A stretch of DNA of 64,000 bases from Eledone cirrhosa (Eukaryota), in contig OZ024749.1 of the NCBI GenBank assembly GCA_964016885.1, forward strand, positions 11,842,001 to 11,906,000, in the 5' to 3' direction. A program made the translations under genes and the position numbers. Positions 53,548-64,000 of the stretch are shown here, piece after piece; position 1 is the stretch's first letter; every line of letters begins with the position of its first letter. The notes under the pieces were generated by a model. It saw only the letters and a program-made list of their open reading frames with translations, did no database searches and was not told where the DNA came from.

Positions 53548-53578
<31 letters not shown>
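49800..53578 (+). mobile_element. Near full-length RTE-clade LINE (APE, RT, PHD-like insert), frameshifted
   Basis: APE motifs GTINVGTL, IQETRW, SAYAPQ, GDLNGH, VDYIL, SQHRL; RT nearly identical to the 26-28 kb copy; frame breaks near 51011 and 51795; (GAT)n tail; 5' end approximate. Confidence 0.92.
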
Positions 53579-53740
53579 ATAGGTTTGTATTTTTTCTTAA
53601 TTTATTCTTTTAAATTGAGGCTGGCAAACCGTGTTGTTCTTAGTTAGTATACTTTTCACCCTAGCGAATCTGGTCCCTTACGATTTGAACAGTGTGGAAA
53701 ATGGGCGTTGTGTGCGTGTGTATATATATATATATGTGTA

Positions 53741-54122
53741 AAGCACATGGCTTAGTGGACAGAGCATTGGGCTTGCAATCGAAAGGTTGTGAGTTCAATT
53801 CTCAGACCAGGTGATGTGTTGTTTCCTTGAGCAAGACACTTTATTTCATATGGCTCCAGCTGTAGAAATGCGATGATAGGACTTGGGTCCCTATCATTCC
53901 ACTGCAAAGTGGTCATGGAGGTTCCACGGCAAAAAAGCACCCAGCCCATACTGTAAATGAGGTTGGTGTTAGGAAGGGCATCCAGCTGTAGAAATCAAGC
54001 CAGAATCAATTCCCATATGAGCAAGACAAGGTCAGCCAACTGGACACTGCCCCAACAGGACAACCCGTCTAACCCATGCTAGAGTGGAAGAACGGACGTA
54101 AAACGGTGGTGATGATGATGAT
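53741..54122 (+). mobile_element. SINE family A copy with the alternative RTE tail
   Basis: Same head and body as 54147 but a different 3' end. Confidence 0.85.
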
Positions 54123-54146
54123 AATATATATATATATATAATATAT

Positions 54147-54493
54147 GGAGGCACATGGCTTAGTGGTTAGAGCATTGGGCTTGCAATCGAAAGGTTGTGA
54201 GTTCAATTCTCAGACCGGGTGATGTGTTGTTTCCTTGAGCAAGACACTTTATTTCACATTGCTCCAGTTTACTCAGCTGTAGAAATGAGATGATAGGGAC
54301 TGGGGTCCCTATCATTCCACTGCAAAGTGGTCGTGGCGGTGCCACGGCAAAAAAGCACCCAGCACTCACTGTAAATGAGGTTGGTGTTAGGAAGGCCATC
54401 CAGCTGTAGAAATGAAGCCAGAATCAGTTCCCGTCCCACCCTTGCAAGCAGGGAAAAGTGGACGTAAAATGAAATGATGATGATGAAATGATG
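54147..54493 (+). mobile_element. tRNA-derived SINE family A (CORE/Meta-like body, RTE tail)
   Basis: A box tggcttagtgg, B box gagttcaattc, body ccttgagcaagacact, (GAT)n tail. Confidence 0.88.
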
Positions 54494-54494
54494 A

Positions 54495-55130
54495 ATCATC
54501 ATCATCATTTTACGTCCGCTTTTCCCTGCTTGCAAGGGTGGGATGGGTCCTATTCAGCAAAGCATCTCTCCACTTGTCACGGCCCTTTGTCATCTCCTCC
54601 GTGAGTTTCAGCGATCAGAGGTCTGCTCTCACTACCTCCGCCCATGTTTTTCATGGTCTTCCTCTACTGCATCTTTCTTCTACTGGGGTTTCTTAGCACT
54701 TCTTTACCCAGCGGTCATCCTCCATGCACATCACATGTCCATACCATCGCAGTCTTCTCTCCAGCACACCACAACTTATCCCTATTATACCCAGCTTCTC
54801 TCTCATCTATGTTTGGTCGTTCACACACATTGACGTTGCACATCCAAAGGAGCATGCTTGCTTCATTTCTCTCCAGCTGTCGCATATCCTCTGTAGTTGT
54901 TGCCCATGTCTCACTACCTTGCAGCATCACACATCTCACATAGGCATCATATAACCGGCCTTTCGTATGCAGGGAGAAACCCTTCTTTGTCAACAGAGGA
55001 AGCAGCTCCCTAAACTTCTTCCAACCCATCCTTATTCTAGATACTATGGCCTCGGAACCCCCCCCCCCCATGCTAATCTGATCACCAAGGTACCGGAAGC
55101 TATCAACCACTTCTATAGAACCCACCTGTA
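54495..55130 (-). mobile_element. RTE 3' fragment, second RTE family
   Basis: DSFRYLGDQI...GWKKFRELLPLL...GSETWA; (GAT)n tail. Confidence 0.85.
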
Positions 55131-55264
55131 TTTGAAAAATGTGTCTATCAATGTGACTTCTACTGTCTAATTTCTTAAACCCTTCCACAAGGTGCATTCA
55201 CAATTATTCTGCCAAATGAACTTTGTCTGGAATATGGTAATATGTCTGGACTGTGATTTTTTTT

Positions 55265-55813
55265 GTATATAAATATCCCAGGAAACTACACAAACCCACT
55301 ATGGCTGGCAAATAGAGCCATTATCACTCCAATAAATACAACAAGATTGGTGAATGAGTTCATGGTCAACAAGTTCCCTGGTCATGAAATAATCTACAGA
55401 AGTTCCGATACAGTAGATAATGAACTGCAATATCCAATTGAGTTCATCAACAAATTTACCCATCAGGCTTCCCAACACACATACTTAAGCTGAAGAAAGG
55501 CAGTTGTATCATGCTTTTGAGAAATCTGTATCCTCTAAACAGGCATTGCAATGATACACACTACATCATCATCAGTTTACATAATCATGTGGCATTGGGT
55601 CCCAATGCTGTAACAAGGTTGTTAATCCCAAGGATACCACATGTATCTCAAGAGCTTGAGTTCCCTTTCACCTTTACTCGCAAGCAATTTCCCGTCAAAC
55701 CAGCCTTTGCCCTTACATGCAACAAGGCACAAGGGCAGACATTTAAAAAGATAGGTGTATATCTACCAACACAATTCTTCTCACATGGTCAGATGTATGT
55801 TGCATTATCATGA
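55265..55813 (+). mobile_element. Helitron RepHel Pif1-helicase C-terminal relic
   Basis: YPIEFIN, LKLKKGSCIMLLRNL, IPRI, RKQFPVKPAFALTCNKAQGQT, FSHGQMYVALS; frameshifted. Confidence 0.88.
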
Positions 55814-56004
55814 GTTACAAAAAAAGTTTGCTGACAACTGTGTCTACAAAGAAATTCTACAGTGATGTGAAACAGCTATCACTCTCTTTTAGTTGAAATG
55901 CATTTCAGTTTCTTTTTAACTGCTAGAAAAGGGACACTACAAAAACTTAAGAAGTCTATATGTGAATACAGTAAAACAATATAGCGAAGGTCAACTCTTC
56001 ATAT

Positions 56005-56990
56005 TAATAATAATAATAATGAAATATTGTGTACAGTGCTCAGGTGCACTACAACTCATCAAAAGTGTATGTATAGTACATAGGGTAATGTACAAACGTC
56101 AGGAAAATGAACAGTGCATGAGTCATGATATACACGTGTGCATGTGTATGGAAGGGGGACATCAGGTGTAGTTTTGGCGAATTTCGGGAAGCATGAGGGT
56201 TTTAAAGGATGCAGCTAACAATTGATGCAGGCAGTTTGTTCCATGCTTCAGCAACTCTGAGCGTGAAAAAATGTTTACGAAAGTCATGGGAGCTGTGCTG
56301 TTTTCTGATTTTGTAGGCATGTCCACATGTGTTAGACACATGGAGATCAAAAAGGTGCTCAGGGTTGTTGTTGGCGAGATGGTTAATAACTTTGTGGGTG
56401 TTTACCAAGTCCATTGCCAGACGTCAGAGCTTCAATGAATCCATGCCCAGGGAAGCAAGGCGTTCAGAGTATGGTAGGTGTCTGATGGAGGGTATGCGCT
56501 TGGTTGCACGTCTCTGAACAGTTTCCAGGAGGTCAATGTTCTGAGCAAGATAGGAGTTCCAGACTGATGATGCGAATTCCAAATGTGGTCGTACCATAGC
56601 TGTATACAGCTTTAAATAGATGGCTGGAGAGTGGCTAACAAAGGTCTTGCTGAGTGATGCCAAGACACCCTCGGCCTTCTTGACAATCTTAGAGACATGC
56701 TTTGTCCAACGCAAATCGCTGCCGACAGTAATGCCCAGGTCACGTTCACAAGAGGACTTCTTGATATCAGTGTTGTGGAGGGAGTATGTGGACGCTAGAT
56801 TTTTCCTCCCAAAATGCATGGTGGTACACTTGTCCACAGCCAGCTTCAGTTGCCAGTCTGTGATCCATTGCTGCATTGTGTCCAGGTCTGATTGTAGGAA
56901 AGAGTTGTAAATTTCAGGATCAGTCCCTTTGATTTCAAGGAACAGCTTGATGTCATCAGCATATTTCAGTACCGTGGCATTCTTTATTAT
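56005..56990 (-). mobile_element. CR1-like LINE 3' fragment with (ATT)n tail
   Basis: KYADDIKL, WQLKLAVDKC, ERDLGI, VRPHLEFASSVW, VQRRATK, FFTLRVAEAWNKLP. Confidence 0.88.
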
Positions 56991-57317
56991 ATTGGTAAAT
57001 GTAATTCATTCATTCACACCAACAGCATCTATTTTCAAATTCACTGCTTGAAGCTTCCCATCGACATTCTCAAGAGGAGATTCATGAACATTTTCCATCA
57101 GTTTCATTGCTTTTCCATCTTCATTATCGCTTTTTTTTTTAAATTTATCAGTTTATGTGCATATTGTCAATTTACTTTTCAATTTACATATCATATCTAT
57201 ATGCATATATATTTGTGTATATCAATATGCACACTACATATGCTAGCAGAAAATCGCCCTTCAGCTAGGAATATTTAATGTAGTTTTAGGACATTAAAAA
57301 TTAAGAAAACTACTCAC

Positions 57318-57540
57318 CATTTTCCAACAACAATTTTTGACATCAAATATCGAGTGCCAAGAGTTTGTTGGCAGGAGTAATAATGTTCTTCATAAGTGAA
57401 TTTATCAATGTAAGTCTTTAAGTAAATGTGTGTGTCGTTGATTTTCACATCACTTTGAAATTCACTCACATGAAACCATGTCCCTGTCAAATTCCTGGGT
57501 AAGTTACAAGATGGTTGAACTAAACTGGTAGCTGGAGGTA
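57318..57540 (-). CDS. Host gene exon (PPATSLVQPSCNLPRNLTGTW...RYLMSKIVVGK)
   Basis: Acceptor gtcttttcag, donor gtgagt; 223 nt, phase 1 to 2; overlaps ORF 57314..57577. Confidence 0.9.
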
Positions 57541-57649
57541 CTGAAAAGACACAGAAATCATAAGTTGATGTGATCAACTAAATTCCCCATACGCCAGTGC
57601 CGCAGAATTGTTGCAGTCTAATGACCGACATCAGTAAAATAATGTATTA

Positions 57650-58030
57650 TGATTAAGGCACAAGGCCAACAATTTTGGGGAGGGCAAGTCGACTAAATAG
57701 ACACTGGTACATTACTGGTACTTTATTTTATCAACCTCAGAAAGATGAAAGGCAAAGCTATCCTCAGCAGGATTTGAACTCAAAACGTAAAGGGCCATAA
57801 CTATGCCACAAAGCACGTTGTCCAACACCCTACACATGCTGCCAATCCACCGCCCTCGACATCAGTAAAATAACTGTTTCTACTTTAGGCACAAGGCCAG
57901 CAATTTGAAGGAGAGAAGGAAAGTTGATTAAATCAACCCCCGTGCATTACTGGTACTTTATTTTATCGACACCGTAAGGACGAAAGGCAAAGCTAACCCC
58001 GGCGGGATTTGAACTCAGAACAAAGGGCCA
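57650..58030 (-). mobile_element. Two tandem SINE family B copies within a 512-bp intron
   Basis: Same motifs as the 45.9-47.0 kb cluster. Confidence 0.85.
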
Positions 58031-58052
58031 AATAATAAAATAATCCACTTAC

Positions 58053-58173
58053 TAGGTGTCAGCTCCAAACGTTCGTGTCCACTGTAAATACTCGTTAATT
58101 TACTGCAATCAGAGAAACGGGTTCTCGTCCATTTGATTTTATTTTTTTGTGCTTTCTGATCTTTATTGGTCAG
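58053..58173 (-). CDS. Host gene exon (LTNKDQKAQKNKIKWTRTRFSDCSKLTSIYSGHERLELTP)
   Basis: Acceptor ctcttctttttag, donor gtaagt; 121 nt, phase 0 to 1, compatible with both neighbours. Confidence 0.85.
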
Positions 58174-60729
58174 CTAAAAAGAAGAGATACTTGAAATTAG
58201 ATCATTAAAAATAATTTTTAGAAACTATTTTGAAAGTTGTTTTAAGCCTTTAGTGTTCAAACTGGACAAAACCGGTCAGAATTCTCTACCTCTTTCTGTT
58301 AAAACTGGCTGTAACTGGTCGCTCAAACTGATGTTAAGGTATTGTTCTCAAAATAAATACTTTCAAAATCTCATAGATTCGATATTATGTGAGGTAAAGT
58401 CTTTACCATTAAAATACAATAGTATAGATAGAGTAATGTGAATGTTATGTGAGGTAAAGTCTTTACCATGAAAATATAATAATATAGAGTAATGTGTATG
58501 TTATGTGAGATAATTATGTGAGGTAAAGTCTTTACCATTAAAATACAATAGTATAGATAGAGTAATGTGAATGTTATGTGAGATAATTATGTGAGGTAAA
58601 GTCTTTACCTCACTATACAATAGTATAGATAGAGTAATGTAAATGCTAAAGGGTTAAGAAACTATTTAAAAAATAATCGACAAACTATTTTTTCCAGCCT
58701 GTGGCCTCTGTAGGAGTTGGTTTGTTGACAATGAAGTTCTTATCATTGGCAGCTCATCAAAGTATCAGGTGATATTCTCAGTAACGGTACTTTGCTATTA
58801 CAGCAACTTAGTCACACCACCATATCAATGTATCAGGTGATATTCCCAGTAATGGTACTTGGCTAACACTGCAACTTAGTCACACCACCAACAGTAGCAA
58901 TGCTGCATGTATATTGGTTTACCTAAAATATTATTAGAGGGAAGCTCCAGCATTTCTTATTGTGATTGAATAAATGGGTCTTTTCTCTTCCTTTATTAAA
59001 AAATACTATATATATCTGCAGTCTTATTGTAAATAATAATAATAATTATGATAATTACATAATTATTGAGAACATTAGATACCAGAGACGAGGAAAGCTT
59101 GTAAAGTCTTCTGCCATAATTCTATTCACATTTGTTATCATCATCATCCCCGTTTTACGTCAATTTTTCCACTCTAGCATAGGTTAGATGGGTTGTCCTG
59201 TTGTGGGCAAGGCAGGTGACCATATCTTGCGCTTACAGAACTAATTTTGCTTGGTTTCTACAGCTGGATGCCCTTCCTAACGCCAACCTCATTTACAATG
59301 AATACTGGGCGCTTTTTTTTTGTCATGTCACCAGCACGACCACTTTACTATATATACTGGGTGCTTTTTGTTGTCACCTATGACAACTTTACAGTGTGTA
59401 CTGGGTGCTTTTTGTCATGTTACCTACACAACCACTTTACAGTGTGGGCTGGGTGCTTTTTGTCGTGACACCTACACGACTTTTGGGTACACTTATAAAA
59501 TTAAACTGACCCCCAGTACTTGAGAGGTACATTATTTTATTGATCCCAGTATGTTACTGGTACTTTATTTTATTGAGCAAAAATGAATAAAAGACAAGGA
59601 TGGTATTGTTGAAACTTGAACTGAAAATCTAAAAAAACTGTGACTAAATATCAGAAGGAATTTTGTCTGATGTCCTTCAAATCTCTTCCTTACCATATTT
59701 CTAAGTATATTAAATTTTGAAAATAGTTAAGGATTTAGAGGAATTTAGTAATATAACTAATTTTCTCATTGTTAAGCTGGTGTTTGGAGTATAACTTAAA
59801 GGTTCTTACATAAATTATGTTGGATGGTTTTAAGATAAATATAAACACTTTAAAATAAACATACTTGTATTGTAGAAACAGGCAGTGTTTCAGGGGGTTT
59901 GGTATCAAAAGGATTAGTCATTTTATTTCTAATGAAATGAAATCTTTTTGGAAATAATCTAGAATTTAGTAATATAACTAATTTTCATTATTCATTTGGG
60001 GTTTGGAGCATAACTTAAATGTTCTTACATAAAATTATGAGAAGATTGATATTCTGTCGTTTCTCACCCTCTTCATCCTATTCTCCTCCACATAGAGTAG
60101 GGAAGGCTAACAACCTCCCTAGGGCTGGTTCTATGATAAAAATGCACCCAGCACACTCTGTAAAGTGTGTGGTCTAGGAATGGCTTCCGGTCATAGGCAT
60201 CATACCAAAAAAGTGTTGAGCGGGACCTCCAGGCACAACATGACAATCTCTCTAGTGCTGGTTCTATGAAAACTGTTAACCTTGTAAGGTGGTTGGTGAT
60301 AGGAAAGGGCATACAGCTGTAGAAACTGTGCCAAAATAGAGTTGATAGAACTTTTCAGTTGTATCAAGATCATAATTTCTCTTGTGTCGGTGATCTACAT
60401 GATAAATACACCCAGTAGAATCTATAAAATAGTTGGTGACAGGAAGGGGATCCAGCTGTAAAAAACCTTGTAAACAAAAGGTCAGGAAAACATTACATTT
60501 TCCCTCAGTAGAATACAGAAATGGATGTGAGATGTGGGTCCCCAGCTCATCTGTGAGGTCAGTAACTCTGATTAAATACTAACTTGGACTTTAACGTCCA
60601 ACCGTTGCTAGCAGGGAGCTGTTGAGGTTCCTGAATGGCAGAATATTGTAGTGTTCCAGCTCTGTCTACTAAGTTTAAATCCTGTTAAAGTCAATTTTGC
60701 CTTTCATCTTTTCAAGGTTGATCCTTCCC

Positions 60730-60944
60730 TTAACCCTTTAGCATTTAAACCGGCCATATTCAACTAGAAATCTCTCACCCCTTTCTGTTCAAACTGGCTG
60801 TAACCAGCCACTCAAATTGATGTTAAGGTATTGTTCTCAAAATAAATAACATCAAAATTTCATAGATTAGATATTATGAGATAAAGCCTTTACTGTGAAA
60901 ATACATTAGTATATAATAGAGTAATGTAAATGCTAAAGGGTTAA
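60730..60944. mobile_element. piggyBac-type TTAA MITE; other copies at 41168-41378, 44446-44868 and 58242-58657
   Basis: TTAA-CCCTTTAGCATTT...AAATGCTAAAGGG-TTAA termini and shared interior. Confidence 0.8.
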
Positions 60945-61133
60945 ATGTTTTCCTCTCAATCATTCTCTCCTTTTCTGGAAAAAACCAACTGTGTTCACAC
61001 CTTGAGAGGGATTGGTTCCACCAGATTTTAAATGAGTTACAGATCCATAAATACATCATAGACCCAGGGATAGTTTCAAGAAGTTGGGTATTAAAAGAGT
61101 TAAAAACTCAAAGAAGAGGAATGTTTTTCTTAC

Positions 61134-61240
61134 CAGACATTTGAATCGTTCTCTCTCTTCATTGGCCACAACATTAGAAATCCCAGCATATGTATAGCCA
61201 TTGTCATCCTCCCAGCTTCCCATACACTGGTAGCGAATTT
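61134..61240 (-). CDS. Host gene, most 5' exon visible (IRYQCMGSWEDDNGYTYAGISNVVANEERERFKCL)
   Basis: Acceptor tgtatttcag and donor gtaaga; phase 1 to phase 0; joins the next exon in frame; CxGxW and FKC motifs recur later in the protein. Confidence 0.85.
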
Positions 61241-61532
61241 CTGAAATACATTATTTATTATGTATAAGGGTTTCTAATTTTGGCACAAAGCCAGCAATTT
61301 GGGAGCAGTAGAAAGTCAAATTGATCCCAGTATTTAACTGGTATTTTATTTCTAGTATTCAATCTCAGAAGGATGAAATGCAATGTGATACATTTAATTT
61401 TGAAAACAATCATAAATTTTGAGGAATCTAGTAAAATAAATAACTTTTTTCATTATTAAACTGATAAGAATATTGCTTAAGAAAAGGTTCTTATATGAAA
61501 TAATGTTGGAGGGCCTTAATAGAGGCAGTTTT

Positions 61533-62533
61533 GTATCATAGAACTAGGGGCAATATCATAGAACTGGGGGCAGTATCATAGAACTAGGGGCAGTATCATA
61601 GAACTAGGGGCAGTATCATAGAACTAGGGGCAATATCATAGAACTGGCGGCAGTATCATAGAACTGGGGGCAGTATCATAGAACTGGGGGCAGTATCATA
61701 GAACTAGGGGCAGTATCATAGAACTAGGGGCAGTATCATAGAACTGGGGGCAGTATCATAGAACTGGGGCAGTATCATAGAACTGGGGGCAATATCATAG
61801 AACTAGGGGCAGTATCATAGAACTAGGGGCAGTATCATAGAACTGGGGCAGTATCATAGAACTGGGGCAGTATCATAGAACTGGGGGCAGTATCATAGAA
61901 CTAGGGGCAATATCATAGAACTAGGGGCAGTATCATAGAACTGGGGCAGTATCATAGAACTGGGGGCAATATCATAGAACTAGGGGCAATATCATAGAAC
62001 TGGAGGCAGTATCATAGAACTAGGGGCAGTATCATAGAACTGGAGGCAGTATCATAGAACTGGGGGCAGTATCATAGAATTAGGGGCAGTATCATAGAAC
62101 TGAAGGCAGTATCATAGAACTGGGGGCAGTATCATAGAACTAGGGGCAGTATCATAGAACTGGGGGCAGTATCATAGAACTGGAGGCAGTATCATAGAAC
62201 TGGGGGCAGTATCATAGAACTGGGGGCAGTATCATAGAACTGGGGGCAGTATCATAGAATTAGGGGCAGTATCATAGAACTGGGGGCAGTATCATAGAAC
62301 TGGAAGCAGTATCATAGAACTGGGGGCAGTATCATAGAACTGGGGGCAGTATCATAGAACTGGAGGCAGTATCATAGAACTGGGGCAGTATCATAGAACT
62401 GGGGGCAGTATCATAGAACTGGGGGCAGTATCATAGAACTGGAGGCAGTATCATATTACTGGAGGCAGTATCATAGAACTGGAGACAGTATCATAGAACT
62501 GGGGGCAGTATCATAGAACTGGGGGCAGTATCA
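61533..62533. repeat. 20-bp minisatellite (GCAGTATCATAGAACTRGGG)n, ~50 units
   Basis: Direct inspection. Confidence 0.95.
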
Positions 62534-62699
62534 AGAGGATTTACCTGAATTTGTTGTTTTTTTTGTTCAGCCCAAGTAAGGCAATAGAGCCACTAAAATG
62601 TAAGGGGTCACACAAAAGACAGAGAACATAACTCTAGGAAACAGAAGATGATTGTTGTTGTTTTTGAATTTTTTCAAGTTGTAGGAAAGAAGTCATAAT

Positions 62700-64000
62700 A
62701 GAATTACATAGGTGAGATGTGAGAGGGGAGAGACTGGGAGAGAATTACATAGGTGAGATGTGAGAGGGGAGAGACTGGGAGAGAATTACATAGGTGAGAT
62801 GTGAGAGGGGAGAGACTTGGAGAGAATTACATAGGTGAGATGTGAGAGGGGAGAGACTTGGAGAGAATTACATAGGTGAGATGTGAGAGGGGAGAGAATT
62901 ACATAGGTGAGATGTGAGAGGGGAGAGACTGGGAGAGAATTACATAGGTGAGATGTGAGAGGGGAGAGACTTGGAGAGAATTACATAGGTGAGATGTGAG
63001 AGGGGAGAGACTTGGAGAGAATTACATAGGTGAGATGTGAGAGGGGAGAGACTGGGAGAGAATTACATAGGTGAGATGTGAGAGGGGAGAGACTTGGAGA
63101 GAATTACATAGGTGAGATGTGAGAGGGGAGAGACTTGGAGAGAATTACATAGGTGAGATGTGAGAGGGGAGAGACTGGGAGAGAATTACATAGGTGAGAT
63201 GTGAGAGGGGAGAGACTTGGAGAGAATTACATAGGTGAGATGTGAGAGGGGAGAGACTTGGAGAGAATTACATAGGTGAGATGTGAGAGGGGAGAGACTT
63301 GGAGAGAATTACATAGGTGAGATGTGAGAGACTTGGAGAGAATTACATAGGTGAGATGTGAGAGGGGAGAGACTGGGAGAGAATTACATAGGTGAGATGT
63401 GAGAGGGGAGAGACTTGGAGAGAATTACATAGGTGAGATGTGAGAGGGGAGAGACTTGGAGAGAATTACATAGGTGAGATGTGAGAGGGGAGAGACTGGG
63501 AGAGAATTACATAGGTGAGATGTGAGAGGGGAGAGACTTGGAGAGAATTACATAGGTGAGATGTGAGAGGGGAGAGACTTGGAGAGAATTACATAGGTGA
63601 GATGTGAGAGGGGAGAGACTTGGAGAGAATTACATAGGTGAGATGTGAGAGGGGAGAGACTTGGAGAGAATTACATAGGTGAGATGTGAGAGGGGAGAGA
63701 CTTGGAGAGAATTACATAGGTGAGATGTGAGAGGGGAGAGACTTGGAGAGAATTACATAGGTGAGATGTGAGAGGGGAGAGACTGGGAGAGAATTACATA
63801 GGTGAGATGTGAGAGGGGAGAGACTTGGAGAGAATTACATAGGTGAGATGTGAGAGGGGAGAGACTGGGAGAGAATTACATAGGTGAGATGTGAGAGGGG
63901 AGAGACTTGGAGAGAATTACATAGGTGAGATGTGAGAGGGGGGGAGAGACTGGGAGAGAATTACATAGGTGAGATGTGAGAGGGGAGAGACTTGGAGAGA
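62700..64000. repeat. 41-bp purine-rich minisatellite running off the window end
   Basis: Unit gaattacataggtgagatgtgagaggggagagactkggaga at 62701, 62742 and onward. Confidence 0.95.

Noticed and set aside
54147-54220. tRNA-like sequences at SINE heads
   Set aside because: A and B boxes are present but there is no complete cloverleaf, and they continue into SINE bodies
55511-55813. Host PIF1 gene
   Set aside because: Intronless, frameshifted, antisense within an intron, with Helitron-type motifs
62545-62633. AG...GT-bounded candidate upstream exon on the minus strand
   Set aside because: Its only open frame ends in phase 2, incompatible with the phase-1 exon at 61240, and it has no family motifs
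61533-64000. Regular repeats resembling a CRISPR array (also 11630-12850)
   Set aside because: No unique spacers, no cas genes, eukaryotic context; these are minisatellites

Overview
Repeat-saturated, AT-rich metazoan genomic DNA, most likely a coleoid cephalopod (Octopus-like). This taxon is inferred from the SINE/RTE repertoire and the very long TA microsatellites. One host gene can be reconstructed by hand. Nine phase-consistent GT-AG exons on the minus strand (61240 to 36036) encode the C-terminal ~430 aa of a Cys-rich extracellular protein ending in a hydrophobic, GPI-signal-like tail. A possible terminal exon of a second gene lies at 2456-2547 (+). Most of the remainder is mobile DNA. 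It includes a Penelope-like element with an intact RT+GIY-YIG ORF, a second truncated one with ~830-bp inverted arms, an intact CR1-group ORF2, and two near-identical RTE LINEs with a PHD-like insert. It also includes RTE/CR1 fragments, two tRNA-SINE families, four Tc1/mariner relics, Helitron relics, TTAA MITEs and several minisatellites. The most interesting non-obvious signal is a set of ~10 hammerhead-ribozyme motifs, mostly in Penelope-type fold-back remnants. They have canonical, U3:A8-covariant and position-4-variant cores. One is sense-oriented in a host intron, and its cleavage arm is complementary to its own inverted repeat. All calls were made by eye; repeat boundaries are approximate.
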